Assembly (NCBI GenBank): GCA_002189035.1
Contig: NEEC01000010.1
Span: forward strand, 2,232,001-2,296,000
DNA: 64,000 bases
Direction of reading: 5' to 3'
Source: Utricularia gibba
Lineage: Eukaryota > Plantae > Magnoliophyta
The notes below the pieces were generated by a model. That model was not told the DNA's origin and searched no databases. It saw only the letters and a program-made list of their open reading frames with translations. The position numbers and the translations under genes are program-made. Position 1 is the first letter of the stretch; every line of letters starts with the position of its first letter. Shown in pieces: positions 22,563 through 41,039 of this stretch.

Positions 22563-25500
22563 ATGGGACTTGCCAAGATTTTGTGCTTCATGTTGATTCT
22601 CTGCGGAGTTGTAGCTTCATCGGCTGACTTGGCCACCACGGAAAAACTTGTTCCAAGCGAAGGTAATCAGTAGTCTTAGTTTTTGAAATGGGTTCAGGTG
22701 TTTGCAACTCCCCTGGCTCGTTTCTTGCATTCTTTTTTCTGTCTGTTTCTGGGTTAGAGTTAACTGTTGCGTAAGATATCACCTTCTGTGTACGCATGAG
22801 ATTGTGTTGTTTGCTTGATTCGCTTGCTTTGTCATCGGTGATAGTGGCAGCGTTGAAGGCGATTGCGAAGCGTATAGGGAAGAAAGACTGGGACTTTAGC
22901 AAGGATCCATGCAGTGGGGAAGGGAATTGGAGTTTACCCTTTCAACGTACAAGCATTCAAAGCCAAGTTCGATGCGATTGCACGTTTAGCAATAATACTG
23001 TCTGCCACGTTAATTACACGTATGTTCTCATCTTCCATTTCAATTCGCCCCACAATCAGATATATTGGGAAAAAGAAGACAATGAAAAAAGTGAGTTGTA
23101 GACAGAGAAGTAGAGGAAATAGAGTCCTTGTGTGATCTCCCTGCTTATTTGACTGAGCGTTCAATAAACGTGTGAAGAATGACTCAAGTGTTGACTGAGT
23201 CAAGTCAATCATGACCTTGCCCGTATGTGTCGTCAAGTCAATCAGTCGATTTCTTTTATCTGGTGAAAGAGATATATCCTTTTCTTGAGTCATTCTACTT
23301 GTTCTTTTAGTCCTTTCTGATGACTAATTGAGTCCTTCTTGTTTAAGATACATGTTCCTTGTTAAAAGATTGGATTTTTAGTTGATGAATCATGAGCTTC
23401 AACATTCATGTAGGTTTACAATGTCTACGTGAAGTAGAAGCGTATTTGTGCTAATACTGTACTGGGAAGTGGGACTTGACTCACATATATTGCTGCTATA
23501 CCATAAATGATAATGATATTCCAGTTGCTAACTGTGTCATATTGAATTGATGTAGAGCTTTGAAATCACAAAATCTGACTGGTAATGTTCCACCAGAGTT
23601 TGCTAAGTTGCCCTATCTTAAAGTATTGTAAGTCTTCTTCATTAAAAATTATTGTTTATGATGCTGTTTGAAATTTTGGCACATCCCAAATGACTTTGAA
23701 CTCTGTTCAAACATTCAAGTGTATCGTCTTATTTGGCGTTTTTTTTTTCTTTCAGGGATCTTAGTCGAAACTACTTTCGTGGGAACATACCCCTTGAATT
23801 GGGGAAACTGAAATTGGAAAACCTGTAATCCCTTTGTTCAACCTGCCTTTCTACCCCATTTTGAAGTCAGCACCAAATTTAATTTCCCTTTTGTTTATGT
23901 GCAGGTCTTTCATGGGAAACCGTTTGTCTGGTCCGTTTCCCACGTTTCTCACAAGAATGACCAGCCTCCTTAACCTGTATGATTAGACTTCAGTGATCAT
24001 TGTTTTATTTGTTATCATGGCTAGGGCAAACTCATATGTGAATCATCATGCTGAGACTTTTAGGCTGCTCCAGGTATAATACGTTTATACTGACCTCTTG
24101 TATGAAGGAGTCTCGAGGGGAACCAGTTTCATGGATCCATTCCTCCTCAGATTGGACTCTTGTTCACGTAGAAAATCTGTATGTTCTGCTATATGTCACT
24201 TCCTGTGTGTAAATGGTTCTTAAGGTATTGATTTTCCCCTGCTTTTCCAGCATCCTGTCATCGAATTTTTTCACGGGGACACTACCAGTGGAGTTAACCA
24301 ACATGACATCCCTGGCTGACTTGTGAGTACATTTTGCTTGCCCCCATCTCAACACTATCGTGGAAAAACTAATGTAACAGGGATTACAGATGATTTGTCT
24401 TTCTGTTGCTGGTTTTAGTATTCTTCCTCCGAGATTGGAAGCTTCTTTACTCTGACTTAGCTGCAACCCTTTAATATTTCAGGAGGCTAAATGACAATAA
24501 TTTCACGGGAATGGTTCCAGATTTTATCGGCAGAATAACCAAACTTGAGAAACTGTAAGCTTTTTCATCACCCTGTTGTATGCATGTTTGATTCTGTTGA
24601 ATGTGATTGGCTCCTTCTTGAGCAACTTTCATTCACCATACAGGTACCTGCAAGGTTCCAGTCTGAGTGGCCCGATTCCCTCATCGTTTTCTTCCCTGAA
24701 AAAATTAAAGGACTTGTAGGTGGCTTGCAAATGTTTTTACTGAGCATTATTACTTGTGAATATAGGTTTAACGGTCGTTTACCATGCAGACGAATCAGTG
24801 ATCTGGTTGGAGGGGTATCAGATTTTCCCTTAATAAGCAATTGGGGAGAGTTCAAACACCTGTGAGTCCTTGGTTTCTTTTAACTCTCTGGCCAAAATTG
24901 TTCATGTTGAATCCACATCTCTTTCACAGGATACTAAGGCGTTGCTCTATTCAAGGCAGTATCCCAGAGTATATTGGAAATCTTTCCAAGTTAGAAACAT
25001 TGTAAGTGAAAACACTTATCGTTCGATATATGTTGTCCTTAGTATGCATTTTAGCTCAAATCTTCACGGTATAAGCTCATCAACATAGGGACCTTAGCTT
25101 TAATAATTTGACTGGTGTAATCCCTGACTCTCTTCCTCCCAAGAAAATTAAAAACATGTAAGTGTTCTTTGCCTCCCTCAGGCCATTTTAATTGAGATCA
25201 TATTTTCTCAAGAACTATGATTCTAAACCTTCATGTTTTGTGCTAATAGGTATTTAACTGGTAACAAATTAACAGGAAAAATACCAAGAAGGATTTCAGC
25301 TAGTGACAACGTTATGTAAGTCATATAACATTTTACAGTTACTTTTCTTTCAGTCACCACTTGCAACCTTCAAATATTTTTCTTTCGTATAATAACTTGT
25401 AGCGATGTTTCATTCAACAATTTTGCCTTGACAAATTCATCTCCTGAACAATGCCAACAAGGGAACACGTAAGGACTTCATATATTTTGTAATGGTGATT

Positions 25501-28254
25501 TACATGCATTGAATATGACAATAGAGTCTTATGCTTTCTTGATTCAGAAACATGGTGGAGAGCCACTCATTTGCACTTAATAATTCCTTTATGAATGTTA
25601 GTAATCTGGAAACATGCTTGCAGCAAGGCTTTCCTTGCGCAAAGAGACAGAGTAAGTTCTTCTTATTGCATTCCAGAAAAATAGTAGTTTATACTCAATA
25701 AATTTTTATATATCTTTCAATCTTAAGGAAATTACACTCTATATATCAATTGCGGTGGCGGTAACCTAAGAATCGGTAATGTGGAATATGAATCTGATGT
25801 TCAAGAGGGGGTGCCTCAAGGTTTTACTTAAGCCCAAAGATGAACTGGGCGTTTAGCAACACTGGGAACTTCATGGAACGTGATGGTCCTGATGAGTACA
25901 TTGTGGAGAATAATGGTTCTACCTTTTCCAACTCCACGAGCCCTATACCAGAACTGTACCAAACTGCACGTGGTTCTGCCATCTCCCTCACTTACTATGG
26001 CCTCTGTCTTGGGAATGGAAGTTACAATGTGACGCTCCACTTTGCAGAGATACAGTTCACAAATGATTCCACATTTAGTAGTCTTGGAACTCGCATATTT
26101 GATGTTTATTTGCAGGTAGATGGTATGCATTTTTTGTTGATGAAACATTTAAGCAGTTCAGTTGTACTTATGGCTTCCAGTTAACAGGGGAATCTGGTTC
26201 TGAAGGATTTCAATATTGCTGCTGAGGCTGGTGGTACTGGAAAGCCTATTTTGAGAACTTTTCCAGTTGTAGTATCAAAGGATACGCTGAAGATCCAGTT
26301 TTACTGGGCAGGAAGAGGAACAACGGGAATCCCACAAAGAGGGTATTATGGCCCTCTCATATCAGCAATCGCAGTGGTTCCAAGTATGCTAATCCATACT
26401 TTGGCTTGATATAGTGTCATGAAAACTTACATTGGATCGTCACATGCAATATGTTTAGGGAGTCAGCAGAAGAATTTTTGTGTGTTTCGTGAACAAATTC
26501 TTCTTACTTAAATCACTTGGATGGCTAACTCACCCTTGATTCTAGATTTTACACCGCCCAGGAGGAATGAACACCTCGGAGCTCGTCAGTTGCTTGGATT
26601 ATTCCTGTAGCAGCTTGCTTGCTGCTGATTTTAATGGCAGCAGTGCTGATGATATGCTACCATAGAAACAAAAAAATTTCAGGTAAGCTACACTACCTTC
26701 CAAACTCTTATGGTTGGCTCCTCGGATCTTGGGATTTAAGTGAATGCATGGTCTAAATAAACTGCAGCATTCGAATCTTCATTTCGAATGCTTCATTTGA
26801 GCTGTAATCTGACTTTGAATGCTGTGTTGTTGTCCTTAAGTTGCTAGGATACACCTTTTCTTTTCTTCTTAAGTATATTAAACATGGACCTTGTTTTGCT
26901 CCGTGACAGAGATCAGTGTTCTTGATCTTAAAACGGGTCTCTTCACATTAAGACAGATGAAGGCAGCAACTAACAACTTCGATGCATCGCTAAAAGTTGG
27001 AGAAGGTGGCTTTGGATCCGTTTACAAGGTATTCCAGAAGCTCCCTTCTCTTATCTATTGATGCCACTAACACTGCAAATGAGCAATGGTTTTCATGCAG
27101 GGGTTGTTACCAGATGGAACTATAATAGCAGTCAAGCAGCTGTCCACAAAGTCGAAACAGGGGATACGAGAGTTTGTCAATGAAATAGGAATGATTTCTG
27201 CACTCCAACACCCAAATCTTGTGAAGCTTTATGGATGCTGTGTTGAAGGAAATCATCTGTTGTTAGTGTATGAATACATGGAAAATAATTGCTTGGCCCG
27301 TGCTCTCTTCGGTGAGTTTCCTCGTACATTCTACTAGAAATACACCTCAGGATCTTTATTTTTTGTTTCTCTGGTCATTCAGGGCATCCTACTGCTTTGA
27401 AAGAGAAGCTGGACTGGAAAACAAGAAAGAAGATCTGCATTGGAATAGCCAGAGGCTTGTTGTATCTACATGAAGAGTCAAAGCTGAAAATAGTTCACAG
27501 AGATATCAAAGCTAGCAACGTTCTACTAGACAATGACTTGGAGGCCAAAATATCAGATTTTGGTTTGGCAAAGCTGAACGAAGACGATAAATCTCATATC
27601 ACCACACGGGTTGCAGGAACAGTGTAAGTACAGCTTCTGGACTAAATAAAATTTCTCCATGTCTCCAACACCAAGCAAACCTCTTTTTGCATTTTGTGCT
27701 TATGTGCAGAGGATACATGGCTCCGGAGTATGCCATGCGAGGCTACCTCACGCCCAAAGCTGATGTCTACAGCTTTGGTATCGTTTTACTGGAGATTGTG
27801 AGTGGAAAAAGCAGCACCATCTCCAAACCAGATGAAGATGATCTGTATCTCCTTGACTGGGTAAGCATTTCCTCGCTTCCCATCATAACAAAAGAAAGAA
27901 CAGAATCTGATACTTCTCTGTAACTAGGCATATGTTTTACAAGAAAAAGGCGACTTACTCGAGATAGTCGACTCGGGTTTGGGGTGCGAGTACTCGTTGG
28001 ATGAGGCGATGCTCCTACTGAATGTGGCCCTGCTGTGCACCAATGCTTCGCCATCTCTGCGACCAGACATGGCCCAGGTGGTGAGCATGCTCGAAGGCCG
28101 TACGGACATTCAGGAAATCCTGTCCGATCCTGGGTTCTCCATGGCTTATTACAAGGCGAGAGTTGTTACACACTTTTGGCAGCGCCCAGGTTCAACTCGT
28201 GGAACTACAGCCGAGCGCGAGCCAGATTCATCAGCTTTGTTGGAGGCAGCATGA
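22563..28254 (+). CDS. LRR-malectin receptor-like kinase (LRR-VIII-2, At1g07650/LMK1-like), copy 1; three apparent one-base deletions
   Basis: Signal peptide, [11 protein letters not shown] cap, a series of about 72-nt LRR exons, malectin (YINCGG, LYQTAR...[14 protein letters not shown]), TM, and an RD kinase ([29 protein letters not shown]). Frames are restored by adding one base at about 24155, 25807-25811 and 26596. Confidence 0.9.
23149..23241. promoter_or_regulatory. Intronic W-box cluster in RLK copy 1
   Basis: Five TTGACT/AGTCAA plus one CGTCAA within about 93 bp of intron 2. Confidence 0.5.
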
Positions 28255-29045
28255 GACACCCTCCTCCATGCGAGAAACCGTGTCCGTACAGGTTCATCTC
28301 CCGAAGAAATAACGTCTACCCAAAATGTTCATTCCATAAATAAATAAATATGTAAATATTTGTAGATGTTTAATTTTCTTATTAATCCCAAGGAATGTAT
28401 GAATCTTTTCATAATTCTATTTAATTTTTGAAAATTCTAATATTTAATCATTCTAAAGTTCATAAATTCAGATTTTGTGATTCAATTTAAAAATTATTAG
28501 AAAAATTATATTATTTACGTTTTATATCATAATATTAAATTATATAATAATATAATATATAGTTTATTGTAGAATTAATTCAATCACAATTTGAATTAGG
28601 ATTTAATTTATCTAAATTACGAACTATCTATCAAAATTATCGAATTAAATTTGAATTATTTTAAAATAAAAAATCACGACCTAATTACAATTTTCTCATG
28701 ATTCATTTTAATTATGATGATTTGATGTTTTTTTTTATAAAAAAGAAATATTAAAATTAATTCAATCATAATTTACCGTTTTTGTTTGACGCTGAGTAAA
28801 ATACGCGTCAACCAGCTTTATTTTCGAAAATTGCAGCTGAGGCGAACTGGCGAAGCGTGTGTGTCCCACTCGCAGTCCCATCCTCACCATGGAATGAATC
28901 CTATTGGTTCTTTTGCATTCACTTGCCATTTGTCCGCTCTGTCTCATGTTCAAACTTTATATACTCGTCTTTCATGATCACCCCATTTCATTCTTCCCAC
29001 CTTCTGCAGTCCATTTTGGAAGTGATTCACTCGAAGCACCGGACT

Positions 29046-34694
<5,649 letters not shown>

Positions 34695-34876
34695 GAAGTT
34701 GCGTTGGGGCCTGAGGATGTATTGCATTCCAAGAACAACATGCATGCCACGGCGTTTACTAGTTTATGTAGAAACTACATAATGGATTCTGTATATAGCA
34801 CTTTCTAACGAATGGAGACATGCAACGAAGATAATTGAGTGATGAGAATTATTGGCTGAATTGGATGGCTGTAAGG

Positions 34877-36488
34877 TCAGGGAACTGACGCAGGCTTCTC
34901 GGGCACTGGAGCAGGTTTCCTTTTACCAGATCCAGAGGACACCTTCACCATGGCAGGTCTCAATAAACGCTCCCCTAGTAGAAAGCCACGACGAACTTCT
35001 TGGCTTATGATTCCTTCTTTAAACTGAACCGACTCCACACGTGCGATGGCTTCGTGCCTCTGCAACCACGAAAGGATAATTACATCTCAAATCCAAATGC
35101 GTGAGATCTTCAAATATGGGATGCATGTTATATATGATACAAAACGCCAGCCGGAATAAAGCCTTGGACTTGGTAGCAGATATATGATAAAAACACAACA
35201 AAATTAAAGCTACAAAAGAAGGGTAGGGGGAGGGAAGATAAAGCCTTGGACTTACTAAAGGATCAAATGGCTTGCCCACAGTTGGAATAGCAGACACCTT
35301 CAAGCTTCTCATAATCTCCACAAACTGCTTATATATTCCTTGGTAACTTGTATCAATCTTCTTCTCCATCTCGGTTTCCACTTTGATCTGCAATCTGGCT
35401 CGTTCAAAACTATCGATTAAAGGCAAAAGTCTTTCAATTACTTCTGCTTGAGCATCATTCCTGACTCCTAAGCTTTCCTTTTCTATTCTTTTCCTATAAT
35501 TATCAAAATCTGCTTGCAAACGAATGCACTTTTCTTTTTCAGCTGGTATTTCTGTTGACAACACCGAAGATTTCTGGAAGAGCTCATTTTTCTCTTTTTC
35601 TAACATAATTATCTCATCTTCGAGTTCATGAAGAGCCTTGTGATCTCCATTTAAAAACGCTGCCTTGTAGGCCAGAACAAGGGTTTTTAATGAGTTTTTC
35701 GTCTGCAATTGAAATGTAGACAAATGTGAAAAGACGACTAGCCTTCAAAATTATATTGACAGCATTGAAATCCTTCACCTTCACAACTATGAGAATTCAG
35801 TTAACCAAGTTCCGAACCTCAATGCCAAGGTCAGTTCTACTATATCACAGAAAAGATTCAATCAGTCCCATGTATGCGTACTCTCCAAAGGTTCTAATAC
35901 TTGGCATCTAATCCAAGTCATCATTCATTATAACAACACAAATTTATACTCCACAAAATCAAGGAACACATCCCAACACAAGGTTTCAAGTAAGAAATAT
36001 GAAGTACACATCGCGTAAACTAGGAAAACATGCCCTAATTGAAGGTTTAGGTACAAAAACCGATCAATGATGAGCATAGAAAAATCTAGGCACTATGAAA
36101 GAAGTACTGCAAATTTCACAGGTGAGTCCACACAAGTGACCATAAGGTGCCATTTCTTCACGAAGAAACATACAGCACTCGGCTAGGCAAATTCACAAAC
36201 AGGTAATCTTCATGAAAGGTTGAGAATGAATGCCTGTATAGGATGATTGTCTTGGAGGGAAGAGGCAGAGATTCTGAAAACCAAACGGCGGCCCTTCCTG
36301 CATCTGTTGTCAACAACTTTTGAATGCCGCCAAGAGCTACTACGCAAATCGGGAGCAATATATGTATCCGAAGCGACCCCCCAATTGGATTTCCTATGAA
36401 CTTCAAAGTGCCCAAACGGTGAGCAATCGATGTATCTCAAGGAAGAAAACGGAACGCGGTGAGTGCCGGGCAAAGTAGCCATAGCCAT
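34877..36488 (-). CDS. GrpE: Plastid GrpE nucleotide-exchange factor (CGE2-like); exons 36488-36234, 35702-35256, 35059-34877
   Basis: RLQADFDNYRKR, SYQGIYKQF, GKPFDPL/HEAI and GFLLGERLLRPAMVKVS, with a transit-peptide-like N-terminus. Intron 1 appears to need a GC donor. Confidence 0.9.
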
Positions 36489-36996
36489 TCCTCTTCGCCG
36501 ACGAAGGTACCGCGAGAGCCGTCGAAAGCTCAACTTAAAAATCTCTCACACAGCCCCGCTTTTTATTTGCTTTTGATCAGTAATAATGGGCAAAATTGCC
36601 ATTTCATACATGAATTCCCCGGTAACTAATTACTGTATCTTCCTTGCGCTGTTACATAATATTCGGGGTTTGAAAATATTAAACTTTTCTTTTTCTTAAT
36701 ATTATTTTAATTTATCTTCCGGGAAAAGGTGTTTCCTCAATCGTAGGAGGGCCTGCCCAAGACAAAACAAGGAGAGAAATGCACCAACCCCATTGCCCAA
36801 GAATAATAAGAAGAGCTCATGCTGCAGCATGCAGCCAGCTGCAAGGTAAAGCACCAACACAACAGCTTCTAACAATCTCTCAACACCAAGCAATCTTGGC
36901 TTATTATTTTTCCATGCTCTGTTGCTAATGCTCAAAAATCCTATACGCGCTCTTTGCTTGAGCCCCACCCTGCTCATTCCCAGAAAACTGCTTCAC

Positions 36997-37165
36997 CTGC
37001 AAATGGCACATTGATAGGGAGAACACAGATGAGTTCTGACGCATAGGGGGAGAAGAAGGGGATGAAGTTTCGGATCCCAGCATAGATATCGATGGGATAA
37101 ATGAGGGGCGGGGGTGTGAAGAAAGAGTGATCAGGGGGCGGTCCTAGATAAGATGAAGGGCTTAC
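36997..37165 (-). other. Predicted 3'-UTR intron of eIF2B-beta
   Basis: Donor TTG|GTAAGC 37 nt after the stop, and a pyrimidine-rich acceptor TTTGCAG|GT. Confidence 0.5.
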
Positions 37166-37202
37166 CAATTGGTCTGCAAAACTGAGTCATTCATATTTAA
37201 AT

Positions 37203-40057
37203 TCATGAAGTTGAAGACTTTGGCAGAACTAAGTCATCAGGAGAGTAGTAGTCTGCAAGCAGACGATTCATGTATGATGGACTATGGCCACCCCTGCAAA
37301 AATAACACTGTGATGAGCTGTGGAATCAAGGAGCACCTTAAAACAACGCAAGTCTTAAAACTTCAAACCAATGGCAACCATTTGCTGATGTTTTATAAAG
37401 CAAAAGCAAAAGGAATCCCAAAGCTCTATGGCCTAGCGTTTGGACTTAAAAGAGGAACTTACGTATCCGTGATGAATAGGCTAACAAGATTTGGTGGGAC
37501 ATAGTCAAATGCAGGATTGACTACATCAAGAAGGCGTGAACCAGTTCCAATCCCAAAACCCAAACAATCTGAGAACTCTCCAAAATCTAGAAGCTCAGAT
37601 GGGGACTTCAGGTCGTTCAGAAGGACCTCTGGGTTGTGAGGGTATAGGGGGCACAGCTGTATCAAGTAACTATACGTTTAGTGATGAAACAGATGAAACA
37701 TTAAATATTCACAGAAACAAATATATTACTTCACAACTGTATATTTTACCCTGCCTTTTGAACGGAAATGGCAAATACTATTTATCAAGAAGGTTTGGGC
37801 CTTAAATACTTCAAACCAAGTGACACAGGATTATGTCTCGCCAATCTACCAAAGCTTTAAAAACAATACCTTATGAGTACCAGCAAGCACAACAAAAGGA
37901 ACAGAATGTCTTTGGGCAGCCAAGGCAACCATGTTCAGGCCTACAGGGACTATAACCCCTCCATTGGCCATAATGGCGTGTGCTCCAACTATAACCTTCA
38001 TTATAAAGAACACCAGGTTGCAGCAGAATCCCACATCTCAATCAAAAAGATAAGTAGGCTTTCATTTAATCTTATATTTTACAATTAAATCAGTCATAAC
38101 ATCAATTTCACATGTTGATGGATAGAGGATTTCATTCATTTGTGCGAGCATACCATGTTGACACGAGAAATCACAGCAAAAACAGCAGAATCGGTAATAA
38201 CAGTGGTTTGCAGTCCCCGTGCAGCCAGTTCTTTTGCAAGAGAATGACCCTGATACCTAAAATGCCCAAGAAAGAAAAGAAGACATGTCATGATTTAGAG
38301 GGAAACATGATTGACAACAAAAAATTTCTCCTTGTTAGGGGAGACGTCAATGTTTAACCTTGGAGCACCCTCGGCCACAAATACACGGAATGACCTTTGT
38401 TTTTCCTTCGCAGCACAAAGAAACTCCATTACCGTCACAGAACTTCCTAGCGTCAAAATTACCTCACTGGAAAAAATTGAAACGGAAAATAAGTGACAGC
38501 TAATTATCTCCACAGTTCCATAGCGCAAAAGAAAGAAAAACAGCTAGAGTTTTAAGCCTGACATTAGTTCTAATGTGATGGTTTAAAACACTAGACATTG
38601 CTATAAAATTATCACAGGCAAATACACCTCATGAGGCAGCAATGGAAAATCATTCAATCCTCTTACAGCAACTGTAAAGTACTCAAACATCAAAAAATCA
38701 CAACGAAAAAATAATAAAACAATCCACCTAAATGGACTATGGCCTATGTGAACCAGACATAATAAAAAAAGTTTTAATTAATAAATGATAAGTTACCAGG
38801 AGGAATCATAATAGCAGAAATAGTTAATAAGTTGGGAGAAAACACAAAAAGCAAAAGAAGAGGAAGCACGCAAAGAAAATCCAGGCTAATTCCCGTCTGA
38901 GAGATACAGAAACCATACTTATGATGAATATGCTCGACAGCCTGTTCCGCTATCAGTTCATGGCAAGTTGAAATTTCTTGGATAAGTTCATTCACAGCCT
39001 CAATTACATGGTGCTTGAGTTTCCGGGTCATTGCGTTTTTATCACCTGCTGAAAGAAACAAAACAAACAGACAATCAGATGCATAAAACAATTAGAAACT
39101 AAAGATCATTTTGCTGCTGAAAAAAACTATTAGTGCGAGGGTAATGCTTGAATTTCTGCTAGAGAACAAAAACTCATAAGAGAAGAGGGTTTGGTGAGCT
39201 TATTGAAATTGTGAATATGAGAAGACAATAGCTTGAAAGTACATTTGCTTTTTCCTTCCGAATCACCCGCAGACGACAGTGTTTGGGGAGCAGCAGCGGT
39301 GTGCGGCATATCCTCAAGAAGAGTCTTCAGAGAAGGGGGCCTCAAAACATTTCTTGAAGCTGCAGCTACTGCGCTTGCTGAAAGAACTGGATGATCACCT
39401 TGAACATCATCATCCTCATCATCGCTTCCAGCTCCCAGGTTCAATCCACCCACGGCAGCAGTTGCCAGTGAAAGTTCTTCTTCACGTATGATATGCAGAA
39501 CGCGCCGAACAACATTACCAACAGCTAATTCTGAACCATAATACAACATACATAAGCCATTTTAGAAGATTCCAAGGATAAATAATTCTAATTGATATCA
39601 AATAACCCTAACCGGAAACAGGAAACATTAATCCATCCAGTCAGGAAAGCATGCAGGGTACAGGAAAACAGGAATGGCAGGAAAGCAGAAGTAAATCAGC
39701 AAGCTGGGGACTTGAAACTTGAAATATAAACACTTTAGGGGAGAAAATATCACAAGAATATTCTAACCAACAGGATTGGCGTCAATGAGTTCTGCTCCAA
39801 CACTTTTAATAGCATCAATAAGCGCCCCCGCCTGGTTACTCTGCGGCAGCCGCTTGTTAGAAATAAACGAACGGAGAAGTTCCGCAGTCAACCTCGCCGT
39901 CGCCTTCGAACCCTCGATCTTCCTGAAATCACAGTAAAACCAACATTAAAGCAAATCCAGTGATACTCAGAAGAACCACCCTAAAAAAAAAAACAAAATC
40001 CTACCTTTTCTTGAGCTTCTCCAGGAACTCATTCACAAGAGGAAGTGCGTCGGGCAT
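37203..40057 (-). CDS. EIF2B2: Translation initiation factor eIF2B beta subunit (multi-exon)
   Basis: MPDALPLVNEFLEKLKK, ELAVGNVVRRVLHIIREE, NEVILTLGSS, FVAEGAP, VIVGAHAIMANGG, NPAFDYVPPNLVSLFITD and GGHSPSY...DYYSPDD. Confidence 0.93.
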
Positions 40058-40354
40058 GATTTACAACAAGAAATCAACCAAATCACTCCTACGACAACTG
40101 GAAATCTGAATTAACAGAATAAAGCGCACTCCAAGAGAAGAGACGCAGACGCAGTGACGCGTTTTTGTAGAACTTGGAAATACCGAAAAGCAAGAATTCA
40201 TTCCTTCCCCCAGGATCCAGATCGTCGTTAAACGGGTCGGGTTCAAGCCCAATTTCAGAGCCCATTGTCGCCACGCATATAAATCAGCCCAATCTCTGAC
40301 ATCTAATGTTGAAACCCTAGCTCCACAGATTACAATTACGAAACATGATCACAG

Positions 40355-40590
40355 TTGAATTCTCGTGGGGACTACGGCTCGGAGGATGCTGCTGGTATCG
40401 CCTACAACGCATTATCCGATGATCAAAGAGCTGCAGCCGACGAAGGTGATCAGGACGATGTCTCTCCGTATCGCCAGAAGAGAAGCTGTCCGTACATTTT
40501 GTGGCGGTTGAAGGAAGCTTTCTTCGTGCTTCATAGAGTGCTTTTGTGGATGTCCTCACCCTTCCTACGACTGTTGAAAGATTCAGCCCA
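40355..40590 (+). other. Unassigned exon-like segment divergent from eIF2B-beta
   Basis: An 85-codon open frame with a CAG|GTACG donor, downstream of a telobox (GAAACCCTAG, about 40311). There is no in-frame ATG and no recognisable family. Confidence 0.2.
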
Positions 40591-41039
40591 GGTACGATCG
40601 ATCAAGTTGTGATGCTTTTCAACGATGATATGGAGAGGTTTCCATTTTTCTTCATGTGATCGAGGATTCAATGCAAGGGATTCGTGTCTGGGCAAAAAGC
40701 CATTATGTTAAAATAATTTAATTAATAATAATTTTAAATTATTATATTTACATAACATACTTTCTTTATTTATAATTAAAATAAAAATATGTTTTACAAA
40801 TATATTGTTAATCACGTTTAGAAACGGAGTCCATGTTTTTTAATTTGTAAATAGTAAATTTATGTGTTATATTAAATAATTATGATGATTGAATCTAATT
40901 AAATTTGTTTTAATAAATTAGATTGATATAGACTTGGCGGCGACGATGGTCATTAGTCATTGCTCGTAAGACGGTTGATGAAACAATGATTGAGTGATGG
41001 GACCCACCAAATGGATGCGGTCTGTAGGGCAATGGTTGG

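Noticed and set aside
36702-37168. Hydrophobic 91-aa and Pro-rich 64-aa ORFs, or a miRNA precursor
   Set aside because: Better explained as eIF2B-beta 3' UTR plus intron. No conserved miRNA sequence I know and no long hairpin.
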